In this document: one piece after another, positions 45,955-56,799 of the stretch
Layout: the number at the start of each line of letters is the position of its first letter
How positions within the stretch are numbered: the stretch's first letter is position 1
Virus record (IMG/VR): IMGVR_UViG_3300031994_000001
Span: 349,022 to 413,021 of that record
Direction: 5' to 3' (one strand)
Length of the DNA: 64,000 nt
Origin: a virus
Lineage: Duplodnaviria > Heunggongvirae > Uroviricota > Caudoviricetes
Translations under genes and position numbers: made by a program
The notes under the pieces: generated by a model
Database searches by the model: none
What the model was told of the DNA's origin: nothing
What the model saw: the letters and a program-made list of their open reading frames with translations, nothing else

Positions 45955-48900
45955 ATGCCTAAACCCGCAACAATTTCCGATTTGTTCACGCCGATGCAGT
46001 CCATACAGACTTGTATGGAAAACAACACCAATGCCATAAAGAGCGGTGTTGAAACGCTGAACGAGTCTGTTCTCGGTTGCTCCGCTTCTATGAGTACCGT
46101 GTCAAGGGTGTTCAAGAAAACGGTGGAGACATCGAAGTCTGCGGTTGTAGCGTCAATCAACGACTTGAAAAAGACAACTGAAAAGTCTATAAAGAACGCC
46201 GCCACCGAAATCGCAAAGTCGATGTCTGCCGCTATGAGCGGTGTAGCCGCTGCAAGTGCAGCCGCAGCATCCGCTTCCGCCGCGCCTATGTCTATGATAG
46301 GCGAGAGTATGCAGCAGAACGCTATGGCAATGGCTAACACGTACAACGAATTGGTGTCAATAGGAAAGGACATCAAGCAGTTGAAGAAAGACTTGAAGAA
46401 AAGCGGCAAGGAAAAAAAGGATGTAACCGAAAAACTCAAAGAGGGCGCAGCACCGAAGAAAGAGGAAAGCGCACCCGCGAAGAAAGGCAAGTTCCAAGGT
46501 CTGAAGGACTTGGGTGAAGCCGCTTCGACATTCAGCGAGATTTCTATGAAGGATGCAATCCTAATGAAGTCAAAGGTGCAGAAAGTCCTTGAAGCGGCAA
46601 AGGAAATGGAGGATTTCGGAAAGGATTTTGATGCCGAAAATGCAGAAGGTCTTGCAAAAACCCTTGCAACGCTCGGCAAATCTGCTATGGAGTTCACGGC
46701 ATCGCTTGGCAGCGTTGCAATACTTGCTCCGTTTGCTGCATTGACTGCTAAACTGCTTGTGCCTACAATCAGTTCGGTTGCCGAGGCGGTAGAACCTATT
46801 GCCGATGCTAATGAAGATGAATATAAAGGAATAAGCGAATCACTCGAAGCACTCGCGCAGGGAACGGGCAAATTTATGGCATATCTTGCGCTCGGTTCTG
46901 TTCTCGCCCCGTTTGCTATGGTTACTGCTTTGCTTATGAAACCGACAGTAGGTTTGATGGTCAAGGCACTTGAACCTATTTCGGGCAACGAAGCGGACAA
47001 ATACAACGGTGCTTCCGAGACGCTTGAAGCGATGGCTACGGGTTCGTTGAAGTTCCTCGCTTCTATGGCGTTGAGCGTTGTACTCGCTCCCGTTGCTATG
47101 GTCGGGGCTGGATTGTTTGCATTGCTTTTGCTTGAAACACGAGCCGTGTTCGGTATAATGGCTAAAAAGGAGACCACGCTGGATATGCGCAGGGCTTCAA
47201 ACAACCTCGAAAAGATGGGCGGTGCTGCTCTGATGTTCGAGGCTACTATGGCGTTGAGTACGATATTAGCCCCCGTTGCTATGGTCGGCGTTGCGTTAAG
47301 CACGCTCGTCATAGGCGGCAGTGCGACATTGTTCAACGCGATAGGCAACAGACGTACAAGCCGTGACATAAGGCAGGGTGTCCTTACTCTCGAACTTATG
47401 AGCATAGGCATACTCGGTTACACGCTGTCATTGCTCGCAACCACTATGATACTCCGCTACCTTATAACGGGCGGCGGTGAGAAAGTGGATTGGATGAACA
47501 TTGTGGCGGTTGCATCGGCACTGCCTATGTTCGGCGTTATGATAGGCTCTGCATTCTTGTTTAGGGAGATAGGTAATTCGTCAGTAAGGATAGCGGAAGG
47601 CAGTCTTGCCGTTATGATTATGGGTGCTGCCACCGTTATGTTCACATTGAGCCTGCTTGCCACCTATATGATAACAAAGAGTATGGTTGGTGATGTGTTC
47701 AAAGACGGCAAGTTCGATATGAAGAATGTGGCGGCACTTGCTTGCATACTGCCCGTGTTCGGTCTTATGCTCGGTGCAAACGCCGTGTTCAAGAGAATCG
47801 GAAATGAGAAATCGGTAAAGGACACCCTTATGGGCGGTCTTTCAATTATAGTGATGAGTGTAAGCCTTATCACCTTTGCGGGTGCAATGTGGGTGACTCA
47901 TCAAATGACAAAGAGCATAATCGGCAAAGCCGACAAGAACGACATATTCGCTGTTATCGCTGATGTCGCCGTTCTTGCCCTTATGCTTGGTGCTAATTAC
48001 ATATACCGCAGGCTCGGCAAGGAGAAATCCGTTCAAGAGACGCTTGCTGGCGGATTGTCCGTTGTCGCTATGAGTGTCGGTCTCGTCACCTTTGCAGGTG
48101 CAATGTGGGTCACTCATCAAATGGCAAAGAGCATTATAAAGAACGGAAGCGGTGCTGACATTGGTGCTTTGATAGCCGATGTAGCAATATTCGCCCTTAT
48201 GCTTGGCGGCAATTACTTATTCCGCAGACTTGGTAGTGAAAAGACTGTCAAGGAATCTATGCAGGGGTTGGTTAGCATTGCCGCTATGAGCGCAGGTATC
48301 ATAGCGTTCAGCGGCGCAATGTGGGTGTCACACAAGATAGCGAAACAGATAATCGGTGAAGCCGATACAGCAAGCATACTCACAACGCTCGGCATATTCG
48401 CTCTGATGGTTGGCTCTGTTTATCTGTTCAAGTTTGCGGGAAGTAACTTCAAAGACATTGCGAAAGGCGCGGGAAGTATGCTTCTTATGGCTGTCGGTAT
48501 AGGCGCATTCGGATATGGATTGAGTTTCTTCACCGATGCGGTCAAAGACGCTAAATGGTGGCAGTTGCTTGCAATGCCCGCACTCGTTCTATCATTCGGT
48601 GTTGAGTTTGCCGCACTCGGCTACCTTGTTGAGTTTGTCGCCTTGGGTGCTGCTTCTGTTGCGCTTATGGGTGCTTCACTCGTTCCGTTTGGTTGGGGTG
48701 TCGGTCAGTATGCGAAGTATCTGCAAGAGGCTAACCTTGATTGGAAAACTGTCGGTCAGATGGCGGGATTGATAATGCTGTTCGGTGTTGAGATGTCACT
48801 GTTGGGACCCCTCTCCCCGCTTATCGTTATGTCTGACGTTGCTATGGGTGTTATGGGATTGTCTCTGATAGGATTCGGAAAGGGTGTCAGCAGTTACGCA

Positions 48901-51507
48901 AACGATGTCCGTGAGAGCAAGATAGATTGGAAAACGCTCGGAAAGATGGCGGGTCTTATCGCCGTGTTCGGTGCTGAATTTGCACTCGTTGCCCCGCTTT
49001 CCCCGCTTATCCTTATGGCTGACGCTGCAATAGGTGTTATGGGTGCTTCATTGTATTCAATCGGTGTCGGTGTCGGTGAATACGCCACGGCAGTCAACAA
49101 GTCGAAAGTCAATGTCAAGACAATCTTGAATATGGCAGGCATAATCGGAACATTCGCAACCGAGTTTTCCGCTATCGCTTTGGTGTCACCGTTTATCATT
49201 GCGGGTTCTGCCGCTGCTGCCGCTATGGGTGGCGCGTTGTTGAGTTTGGGCAAGGGATTGCAGGAGTTCGCCGCAGCGAAACTGCAACCGAAGAGTATTG
49301 ACACATTCTCGAAGATGATGATTACGCTCCGTGACACATTCGCTGTTATGGCAGGCAGCGGTGAGGCAGGCGGCAAGGGAGGCATACTCGGCACGCTGTT
49401 CCGTGGTGTTGTTTCGGCAATCAGTCCGAGCAGTGTTGAGAAAGGCGTTGAAGTTTCCCGCAAGATGGGCAACGCTCTTTATGATATTTCAAAAGGCTTG
49501 CTCAAATTCCAAGAGGGAATTGGCGACAAGATAATTGACAAACAGTTTATGCAGGATTTCGCGGATTCTGTTTCAACAACCGTTTCGTCAATATCAAGCG
49601 CGTTCAGAACTGTCGGCGAGTCTTGGGTCAGCATAAAGTCACCCGAACCGAGAACCGTGTTCGGAAAATTGTTCCGCAAACTTACGGCAGGTGTTTTCGA
49701 TGAGAAAACCCGTAACTCTGTTGAGGAAGGTATCAAAGCGACAAAGGGAATGGGAAGCAGCCTTGCCGAACTCGCCAAAGGATTGAAAGAATACAAAGAC
49801 CTCGTTCCGAATGAAAAGGACGCGGGTTGGGTCGGCGCGGTGGCAACGAACATTGCGTTGATGTTGGACGCTTTGGTCGGCCCGCTCACCAAGTTCGGCA
49901 CAGTTGAGGAATCCGTTTCCTTGGTTCAGTCGCAGTCGTCAGACATAGCGCGGGGATTCGCCTCAATTCAAAGCAGCATTGACAATACCGTAAACTACAA
50001 CAGCAAGAAAGTTGACATAGCACGCGCTATGGAGAATGTCGGTCAAATCGGAACGCTTATTTCGGGTCTTGCACAAGGTGTCAAGACATTTGCCGAAATC
50101 AACCCGAAGAAAGACATAGGAAGCGCGTTTGAGATAAATGACGATTGGACATTGAGCGGAAACGGCGGCGGTATGATTGGTAACATACAGCAGATGCTCT
50201 GCGGTTTCTTCCCCGCTTTCATACAACTCGGTAAGAAGTTGGAGGAAACGGGTACGTTTGAGGAAGTCGTTGAGGCTGCTAAATACGAATCCCATTGGTA
50301 CGGCAACCAAAAGACGCAGGATGCACGGACTGAAAAGAAGTCCTATGTCGGTATGGCTATCGCCGCTGCGCAGGGAATCGGAAGAATAATATCCGATTTG
50401 GCGGAGGGTATGAAATCGTTTAACGAGGCATATCCAGACCCGTCAAAACTCGCAACGGGTGTCGGTAATGTGATAAAGGCTATATCAAGTATGTTCACGG
50501 GATTCGGCACTATCGGCTATGCCATTGTGAACGGCGGCGGCTTGCAACCCGTTTTGCCTTCGGGTGCTGAAAACGGATTCGACTTCGGTTACATTCACGG
50601 TAACGTCAGAATGCTTCGCTACGCCCCCGATGGAAGCGATATGACGGAGGTGTTCAGTTCAATCAGCAGTTCAATGAACAATCTGATTACGGGCATAGGC
50701 GAGTCTGTGAACAAAATGAAAGGTCAGATGCCTGCCGTGAACGAGGTCAACAAGAGTATGGAGGCATACATTCTCACTCTGTTGAATCTGTCAACCGCCG
50801 CTCATATTATGGGCGACCATACCGCTGAAGAAAGCGCATTCTTCTACACCTCGAAAGGCATAACCACTTATCAAATGCAGAATATGGACAACGCTCTCGT
50901 TAAGGGCGCGTACAGCAATGCGAGCGAGATGAAGAATGTTGTTGAAAAGGTGGTTACTATGGGTAAGTCAATACAGACGATACCCGACAGCGCGGGCAAG
51001 AAATTCACCGTGTTCACAACAGACTTGGTTAGGGGTATGAACCAACTTGCGGCAACGCACAACAATGTAACGGCAGCAACCAAGTTCATAGACAGTTTGA
51101 CAAAGGCTAAAAACGAGCAGGTGTTCGAGAACATCGCGTCCAACACGGAGAGAATCGCGCAAGCGTTGAACTCAATAAACAACAATAATTTGCAGCCATA
51201 CGCAGAGATGATTGCAGGTATGGGTAAATTGTCCGAAAGCACTTCAAATGCGAAGAAAATTATGGACGAGATACGCGACCTTATCGAAGATATGGTTGAC
51301 AAAATCGGTGAACTCCGTAACGGTGGAGGCGGCGGAAGCGACACCAACGGCGGCGGCAGCAAACCTACTCCTACGAATGCTCCTCAACAGAGACCGCAAC
51401 AACCTCAACCCGTTCCGCAGCAAAGGGTTAAGGCTGATGTCTCATTCGACCAAAGCACATTGAACGCTTTGAGCAAACTGACACAAGCGATAAATGAAAA
51501 ATTCTAA
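45955..51507 (+). CDS. Probable tail tape measure protein
   Basis: 1850 aa, Ala/Gly/Met-rich helical protein with a long run of hydrophobic repeats; late promoter. Confidence 0.75.
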   Translation: MPKPATISDLFTPMQSIQTCMENNTNAIKSGVETLNESVLGCSASMSTVSRVFKKTVETSKSAVVASINDLKKTTEKSIKNAATEIAKSMSAAMSGVAAASAAAASASAAPMSMIGESMQQNAMAMANTYNELVSIGKDIKQLKKDLKKSGKEKKDVTEKLKEGAAPKKEESAPAKKGKFQGLKDLGEAASTFSEISMKDAILMKSKVQKVLEAAKEMEDFGKDFDAENAEGLAKTLATLGKSAMEFTASLGSVAILAPFAALTAKLLVPTISSVAEAVEPIADANEDEYKGISESLEALAQGTGKFMAYLALGSVLAPFAMVTALLMKPTVGLMVKALEPISGNEADKYNGASETLEAMATGSLKFLASMALSVVLAPVAMVGAGLFALLLLETRAVFGIMAKKETTLDMRRASNNLEKMGGAALMFEATMALSTILAPVAMVGVALSTLVIGGSATLFNAIGNRRTSRDIRQGVLTLELMSIGILGYTLSLLATTMILRYLITGGGEKVDWMNIVAVASALPMFGVMIGSAFLFREIGNSSVRIAEGSLAVMIMGAATVMFTLSLLATYMITKSMVGDVFKDGKFDMKNVAALACILPVFGLMLGANAVFKRIGNEKSVKDTLMGGLSIIVMSVSLITFAGAMWVTHQMTKSIIGKADKNDIFAVIADVAVLALMLGANYIYRRLGKEKSVQETLAGGLSVVAMSVGLVTFAGAMWVTHQMAKSIIKNGSGADIGALIADVAIFALMLGGNYLFRRLGSEKTVKESMQGLVSIAAMSAGIIAFSGAMWVSHKIAKQIIGEADTASILTTLGIFALMVGSVYLFKFAGSNFKDIAKGAGSMLLMAVGIGAFGYGLSFFTDAVKDAKWWQLLAMPALVLSFGVEFAALGYLVEFVALGAASVALMGASLVPFGWGVGQYAKYLQEANLDWKTVGQMAGLIMLFGVEMSLLGPLSPLIVMSDVAMGVMGLSLIGFGKGVSSYANDVRESKIDWKTLGKMAGLIAVFGAEFALVAPLSPLILMADAAIGVMGASLYSIGVGVGEYATAVNKSKVNVKTILNMAGIIGTFATEFSAIALVSPFIIAGSAAAAAMGGALLSLGKGLQEFAAAKLQPKSIDTFSKMMITLRDTFAVMAGSGEAGGKGGILGTLFRGVVSAISPSSVEKGVEVSRKMGNALYDISKGLLKFQEGIGDKIIDKQFMQDFADSVSTTVSSISSAFRTVGESWVSIKSPEPRTVFGKLFRKLTAGVFDEKTRNSVEEGIKATKGMGSSLAELAKGLKEYKDLVPNEKDAGWVGAVATNIALMLDALVGPLTKFGTVEESVSLVQSQSSDIARGFASIQSSIDNTVNYNSKKVDIARAMENVGQIGTLISGLAQGVKTFAEINPKKDIGSAFEINDDWTLSGNGGGMIGNIQQMLCGFFPAFIQLGKKLEETGTFEEVVEAAKYESHWYGNQKTQDARTEKKSYVGMAIAAAQGIGRIISDLAEGMKSFNEAYPDPSKLATGVGNVIKAISSMFTGFGTIGYAIVNGGGLQPVLPSGAENGFDFGYIHGNVRMLRYAPDGSDMTEVFSSISSSMNNLITGIGESVNKMKGQMPAVNEVNKSMEAYILTLLNLSTAAHIMGDHTAEESAFFYTSKGITTYQMQNMDNALVKGAYSNASEMKNVVEKVVTMGKSIQTIPDSAGKKFTVFTTDLVRGMNQLAATHNNVTAATKFIDSLTKAKNEQVFENIASNTERIAQALNSINNNNLQPYAEMIAGMGKLSESTSNAKKIMDEIRDLIEDMVDKIGELRNGGGGGSDTNGGGSKPTPTNAPQQRPQQPQPVPQQRVKADVSFDQSTLNALSKLTQAINEKF

Positions 51508-51509
51508 CA

Positions 51510-53414
51510 ATGGTAAACGGCAACAAGACAACTGAAAACAATGACCAACTCCTTATAAGCGTCAATACACCCTACACGGGCGTGTCGAAAGTCAATTCGT
51601 ACACGGCTGTCATAAAGGGGGAGACGGAATCGTTGTATTACAGAAAGGAGTTCAGATGGTCTTATGACGGCATACTTTACAACGATTGGCGCGAACTGAC
51701 AAACGACAATCTGCGTGTGCTGCTGCCCGACCCGAACAAACCGTTCTATCCGCAGTACAAGTTCACGCAGATAGGTGACGGCGAACTTGAGTTTGAGAGT
51801 ATAGCCCTTGAAGTCGTTTCAAACAACGGTATAATCAATGATATACCGATGTGCGGCATAAGCGATAACGAGAGTTGCTGCGGTCAGCAGAACCTTGTGT
51901 TTGAATGTTGCGGCGGCGGATTCAACCCGTATGCGATAGGCAACTCCGCATTCATTTATTCACAACTCTCGCAGGTTGTCAGCAATATGTTCGGATTCTG
52001 TGTCCAATACTTTAAGACAAGTGCCGACCAACGCTCAAAGGATGTCGTGCTGCACGAGTATTCGTTGCTCAATGTCATAGCGGAGGGCAACGTGAAAATA
52101 CTTGTACCCGACAACCAACTGCCGAGCAGGGAGATAAATTTCAATCCTCTGATGATGGACTACCCGACCATATTCGAGGTGCATATCGTCAAAAACGGAT
52201 TCAGACAAGTGTTCGGGCAGGACGCGAAACCCGAAGTCGGAGATTATCTTTATTTTGAGCAGTATATGAACAAAATGTACGAGATAAACGCCGTCTCCGA
52301 GACGGACGATTATCTTTACAGCGGTTCGTATTGGCGCGTCAGTCTTGTTCAGTACCAAAAGAAAGCGTCCGTCAAATTTGAGGACAAACAGTTCGAGGAA
52401 GACGTTGACACCCTCATATTCAATATGGATAAGTTCAACATTGAGGTTGAAAACGAGGAAAAGGATACGAGAAAACCCGAACAATACAACACAATCGGTA
52501 CTGACGAAAATGATTATGTCAGAAGAATCCTTGACAAGAAACTTCATATCGGAACGGATGCAATCTACAATAATTGGACTATGATTTCAAAATCCTACTA
52601 CGCATTGAAGTCAATCCCCCGTGGCAAGATGGCGATTCAGTACCGATACAACAAAGGTTGGGAGGATAGTGAGCGTATGTTCACTTTTTGGATAAGACCG
52701 AAATACACGAACACGAAGAATATCAGCAGGCGAATTGAAGCCATTGTTGATGTTGACGGATATATGGGTCTGAAGGTTGACAACACAGCCGTTTTTGTTG
52801 CGGGAACTTATCTCAACCTAACGGGTACTGACTATCCGAAGTTTGTCAAGATAACTGGTATTGTTGATGACGTTCTTGTTACAAACCAAATCTATGTTGA
52901 CGATTGTATGAAAAATGCGGTTGCGACACAGATTTCGAGTAACAATTTCTTGTATTCCGAGGGCGGATTCAATCTCATACAGACACCGAACAGTTTCATT
53001 GTGTCAATCAACGGGGATGAACATATATTCAATTTCGGAAGCGAGTTGGTTATGAACGCTGACGAATGGTATGGCATCGTTCTCGCCGTCAAGCCCGAAG
53101 ACAAGAAACTCGGACTTTGGGTTTATCCTCTTGGCAAGGGCGACAGAAATGTACGCAGTATGGATTCAACGATAGACCTCAAATACTATAAGACAATAGG
53201 ATGCAAGGGCGATATGAGTGTTGATGACGGATATTGGGGATTGCTCGGTTGTGAACTTGACATAACCAACATAAGGATATGGAACGAGATTTGCGAAGAG
53301 AGCCTGCACAACATCATACTGTCGCAGTATGTCGTAAAGGATTCTCACCTTTGCGAACTTGTTGACAACGCGCAGCCCGAACTTCTGATTGACCGTGTTA
53401 CCAATCCGAGGTAA
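51510..53414 (+). CDS. Neck / head-closure protein (gp14-like core) with extra N- and C-terminal beta domains
   Basis: NMFGFCVQYF...DVVLHEY...PEVGDYLYF..NKMYEI pattern; C-terminal FTFWIRP...EWYGIVL...ITNIRIWN is LamG-like. Confidence 0.55.
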   Translation: MVNGNKTTENNDQLLISVNTPYTGVSKVNSYTAVIKGETESLYYRKEFRWSYDGILYNDWRELTNDNLRVLLPDPNKPFYPQYKFTQIGDGELEFESIALEVVSNNGIINDIPMCGISDNESCCGQQNLVFECCGGGFNPYAIGNSAFIYSQLSQVVSNMFGFCVQYFKTSADQRSKDVVLHEYSLLNVIAEGNVKILVPDNQLPSREINFNPLMMDYPTIFEVHIVKNGFRQVFGQDAKPEVGDYLYFEQYMNKMYEINAVSETDDYLYSGSYWRVSLVQYQKKASVKFEDKQFEEDVDTLIFNMDKFNIEVENEEKDTRKPEQYNTIGTDENDYVRRILDKKLHIGTDAIYNNWTMISKSYYALKSIPRGKMAIQYRYNKGWEDSERMFTFWIRPKYTNTKNISRRIEAIVDVDGYMGLKVDNTAVFVAGTYLNLTGTDYPKFVKITGIVDDVLVTNQIYVDDCMKNAVATQISSNNFLYSEGGFNLIQTPNSFIVSINGDEHIFNFGSELVMNADEWYGIVLAVKPEDKKLGLWVYPLGKGDRNVRSMDSTIDLKYYKTIGCKGDMSVDDGYWGLLGCELDITNIRIWNEICEESLHNIILSQYVVKDSHLCELVDNAQPELLIDRVTNPR

Positions 53415-53436
53415 TGCTGAAATTTCCTTCAAATAC

Positions 53437-53466
53437 CGCCCGCCTAAAACGGGCGTTTTTTATTTT
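53437..53466 (+). terminator. Intrinsic terminator
   Basis: CGCCCG-CCTAAAA-CGGGCG followed by a T tract. Confidence 0.75.
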
Positions 53467-53532
53467 TGTTCATTTTTTGTGCGTATTTGCGAATTTTTTA
53501 TTATATTAGTTTGTAACCAAAAATTTAGAATT

Positions 53533-54246
53533 ATGGATTTGAAAGGACTAATGGCGGTTCAAGTGCCGCAAAAAACAAGAACTTACGCTCCGATTTCCTA
53601 CGAGGAAATTCACTATTCCATTATGGAAAACATTGAGCGTAACAACTTTGTACTCAACGGGACATCTGTCCGTACACGCAACGGCGCGGATGCTGTCGTT
53701 ATGTACGACCTCGGCGACAAACTCGCCACGGAGGACAACAAGGAACTCGGAATCCGTGTCGGATTCAAGAACTCGTACAACCGAAGGGTCAGTTTCGGTT
53801 TCGCTATCGGCAGTGTTGTGTTCATCTGCACAAACGGTATGGTTAGCGGCGAGTATATGATTAAAAAGCAGCATCGTATGAACGATTTGAACGTCTATGT
53901 TACCGACCTCATCGGTCAGTATTTCTCCCAAGTCCGTTACGAGCATAATCGGAACATTATGTTTATGAAAGACTTGAAGCAGCAGAGGGTTGACCGTGCG
54001 GTCGCCTCCCGCGTAATCGGTGACTTGTTCACGAACAACAGAATCATCAACCAAGGTCAGTTGCGTAAAATGGCTGACGAAATCTACCACTCAACGAACT
54101 TCGGCAATCTGACCGACAACGAAACAATCAGCGGGTGGGATTTGTACAACCACGGAACTGAAGCATTGAAATCATCGGCAAATGTCAACTACTTTGCAAA
54201 GCATACAACATACAACGACTATTTCAGAGGATTCTTTGGAATCTGA
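53533..54246 (+). CDS. DUF932/DUF945-like protein
   Basis: GFKNSYN...VFICTNGMV...WDLYNHGTE; ATG at 53533. Confidence 0.65.
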   Translation: MDLKGLMAVQVPQKTRTYAPISYEEIHYSIMENIERNNFVLNGTSVRTRNGADAVVMYDLGDKLATEDNKELGIRVGFKNSYNRRVSFGFAIGSVVFICTNGMVSGEYMIKKQHRMNDLNVYVTDLIGQYFSQVRYEHNRNIMFMKDLKQQRVDRAVASRVIGDLFTNNRIINQGQLRKMADEIYHSTNFGNLTDNETISGWDLYNHGTEALKSSANVNYFAKHTTYNDYFRGFFGI

Positions 54247-54247
54247 A

Positions 54248-54406
54248 ATGAATGAGGTCATAGACAAGTTGCAGAAACAGAAGGGGTCGCTCAAACTTAT
54301 GAATGACGGTCTCTTCGGTTGCGACTTGGAAAATGTTGACTTTGACGGTTGCGACATTGAGGTTGAGCCGAAAGAAAAAGAAGTACCAACAATAACTTAT
54401 ATATGA
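54248..54406 (+). CDS. Small hypothetical protein
   Basis: 52-aa ORF (MNEVIDK...) coupled between flanking genes. Confidence 0.55.
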   Translation: MNEVIDKLQKQKGSLKLMNDGLFGCDLENVDFDGCDIEVEPKEKEVPTITYI

Positions 54407-55542
54407 TGTACACACTATTGATAGACGGACATAACTTTATGTTTAGGACAATGTATGTTTTTCCGTCAAAGAAGAATGAAAAAATGCTGTCAACGGAGGA
54501 ATCGCAGAAACTGTTTGTGTCAAAACTTGAACAGAATCTGAACGCTGTGCTGCGTGACTTGGAGAATATCGTTGACAGATGCGTGTTCATTATGGATTCC
54601 GCCTCTTGGCGCAAGACCATTGAATCCGATGTTGACTATAAAGGCACTCGCCATCAAGACGAGACCATAGACTTCAACGGGTTTGACAAATGCACGGCGG
54701 AATTTATGGAGATTGCAAAGAAATACAATGTCACCGTTTCCAAGACAAAGCGTGCGGAGGCTGACGACTTGATTTTCTATTGGTCTAACGTGTTGACCTC
54801 GAAAGGAATCCCCGTCATTATGTACACAAGCGATAAGGATATGCTCCAACTCGTGCGCAGCGTGAATGGTGTTCCCGCCATTCTCTATTCCGATGTCACG
54901 AAAAAGATATACACGCCGAGCGATTTTATGAAAGGCAAGGATGTGTCCGAATCAATCTACGAGGCTTTCACGAACAAGCACAAGATTGACGTGTTTGACG
55001 AAAAGACGCAGTTCGAGTATCTGTCGAAAAAGCGCAGCCTTGATATGATTGAGGTTGACGCTGACGAATGCTTGTTCACAAAAGTAATCGTTGGCGACAA
55101 ATCGGACAATATTTCGTCAATCTATTCCTACGAGAAAAACGGCAGGACATTCAACGTGACCGAAAAGAAAGCGGAGAAAATCATTGAAAACTTTAAGGGT
55201 AAGGTCGAATCGCTCAATGCGGAGTATCTTTTCCTTGACGATACAATCAAGGCACTTGCGCAATCCTGCTGCGAGGTTGTCGGCGTTGACTGCGTAGATA
55301 AGATTGAGGCTAACATAAGACGGAACACACAGTATATTGTGTTAAACACGAATGTCATACCGTCCGATGTCGTCAGCGCAATGCACGAAGACGTTAAGTC
55401 TCTCGCAAAGGAAATGCGCAGGGTCAAGTTCAACGCTCTGAAGCCGCAGGAATCTGTCGTGAAGAAAACTGAAAAGATTTTCAAAGGTGTCAAGGATGAC
55501 GGGGATTTGTCGTTCATAAAAGGCAACAAGGCTCTGTTTTAA
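54403..55542 (+). CDS. 5'-3' exonuclease / T4 RNase H-like (FEN/PIN fold)
   Basis: LIDGHN, SWRK...YKGTR, EADDLI, SDKDMLQL, GDKSDNI. Confidence 0.9.
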   Translation: MMYTLLIDGHNFMFRTMYVFPSKKNEKMLSTEESQKLFVSKLEQNLNAVLRDLENIVDRCVFIMDSASWRKTIESDVDYKGTRHQDETIDFNGFDKCTAEFMEIAKKYNVTVSKTKRAEADDLIFYWSNVLTSKGIPVIMYTSDKDMLQLVRSVNGVPAILYSDVTKKIYTPSDFMKGKDVSESIYEAFTNKHKIDVFDEKTQFEYLSKKRSLDMIEVDADECLFTKVIVGDKSDNISSIYSYEKNGRTFNVTEKKAEKIIENFKGKVESLNAEYLFLDDTIKALAQSCCEVVGVDCVDKIEANIRRNTQYIVLNTNVIPSDVVSAMHEDVKSLAKEMRRVKFNALKPQESVVKKTEKIFKGVKDDGDLSFIKGNKALF

Positions 55543-55577
55543 TTTGCATAAAAATTTGTATAACAAAAGCATATATT

Positions 55578-56126
55578 ATGAAAAAGTTTTTTATTACAGC
55601 ATTTTTGGTAACGGCATTTGTTATGATGTTCCTATCCGTTTTAGCCATTTTCAAAAACAGATTGGAGTATGCAACGATTTTTACAGCCGCGTCTATGATT
55701 GCGATTATCATTTCAAATGTAATATCCTATGTTGATATGTTGGATATGGAATCCGAAATGAAGAAAATGGTGTCGGAAATGAACAACTTTAAGGGTTACT
55801 TTTTCCCGCAGGAAAACCAATCCGACTATATCAAGAAAGTATTGGATAGGATTCCCTATGCCGCCCGTGCGGACATTCAGAAGCAGAGCCGTGAGAACGA
55901 GGCTGCTCTTGAAAAGGATTTGCTTATGCCGAAGTTGAGCGGATATACGGATGACGAAATCCTCGAACTCAACAAGTGCAACGCGCTCCCGTCCACAATA
56001 ACGAAAGAAGACATTAACAGACTTCGCAAGATAAATGCGTCAAGGGGTGTCAAGTTCTCGCAATTCGACTTGGGTACTGCCGACACCGATTCAGAGCCGC
56101 AGGCTGTTCAAGAACAAACTGAATAG
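55578..56126 (+). CDS. Hypothetical membrane protein
   Basis: Two N-terminal hydrophobic helices. Confidence 0.7.
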   Translation: MKKFFITAFLVTAFVMMFLSVLAIFKNRLEYATIFTAASMIAIIISNVISYVDMLDMESEMKKMVSEMNNFKGYFFPQENQSDYIKKVLDRIPYAARADIQKQSRENEAALEKDLLMPKLSGYTDDEILELNKCNALPSTITKEDINRLRKINASRGVKFSQFDLGTADTDSEPQAVQEQTE

Positions 56127-56135
56127 GGAGGTTAT

Positions 56136-56585
56136 ATGGAACTGTTTGAATACATAGAACTTTTGTTTGACCGCTCGAAACAGAAAGAGTGGAACAACCT
56201 CGTTACGAGTGAAAAAGTCAAGAACCAATTTATGCTCAACCGATTTATGGCGATACGTTATCCCACCTATGCGCAGCAACTGAATGTCATTAAGACAGAC
56301 GGTCTCGGTGTTGCGGAGGTTTGGCGTATGGTCGCTTCGAGATTCTACAAAGGTGTTCCGAAGTTCATTTACACCAAGACAGCAAAGGGTGCAAAAAAAG
56401 ACAACCCGCTTGCCAAAATATCGAAGGAGGCAATCAGTTTTTGGTGTGACCGCAACGAGTGCGGACTCCGTGAACTGAACGAGCATTTGGATTTTAACCT
56501 TGAGCGCACGCTTGACGAGTTGAAGTACATAGAAAAGAATTACATAACAAAAGACAAATCAAATAAAGAGAACGACAATGACTGA
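56136..56585 (+). CDS. Possible clamp loader small subunit (gp62-like)
   Basis: LFEYI...FMLNRFMA...PKFIYTK pattern and size. Confidence 0.4.
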   Translation: MELFEYIELLFDRSKQKEWNNLVTSEKVKNQFMLNRFMAIRYPTYAQQLNVIKTDGLGVAEVWRMVASRFYKGVPKFIYTKTAKGAKKDNPLAKISKEAISFWCDRNECGLRELNEHLDFNLERTLDELKYIEKNYITKDKSNKENDND

Positions 56586-56799
56586 TTTATTGAAATTTTT
56601 AGTGGTGTTCGCGCTTGCTTGCGTGATAGTGCCGATTTTCGCCCTGCTTGCAGGCTACATTTTCTATCTTGTTTGGAACAACATCTTGGTTGATATCGTT
56701 TCCGTGTTCAAGGAAATCACCTATTGGAAATCATTTTTCTTGTGCTTGGCGGTAATGTTCCCGTCAACCTTGGCTAAATACAAGACATACGATGAGTAA
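56578..56799 (+). CDS. Small membrane protein
   Basis: Hydrophobic; LVWN...EITYWKSF. Confidence 0.7.
   Translation: MTDLLKFLVVFALACVIVPIFALLAGYIFYLVWNNILVDIVSVFKEITYWKSFFLCLAVMFPSTLAKYKTYDE

Noticed and set aside
45867-47411. 514-aa minus-strand ORF
   Set aside because: Antisense shadow of the tape measure gene
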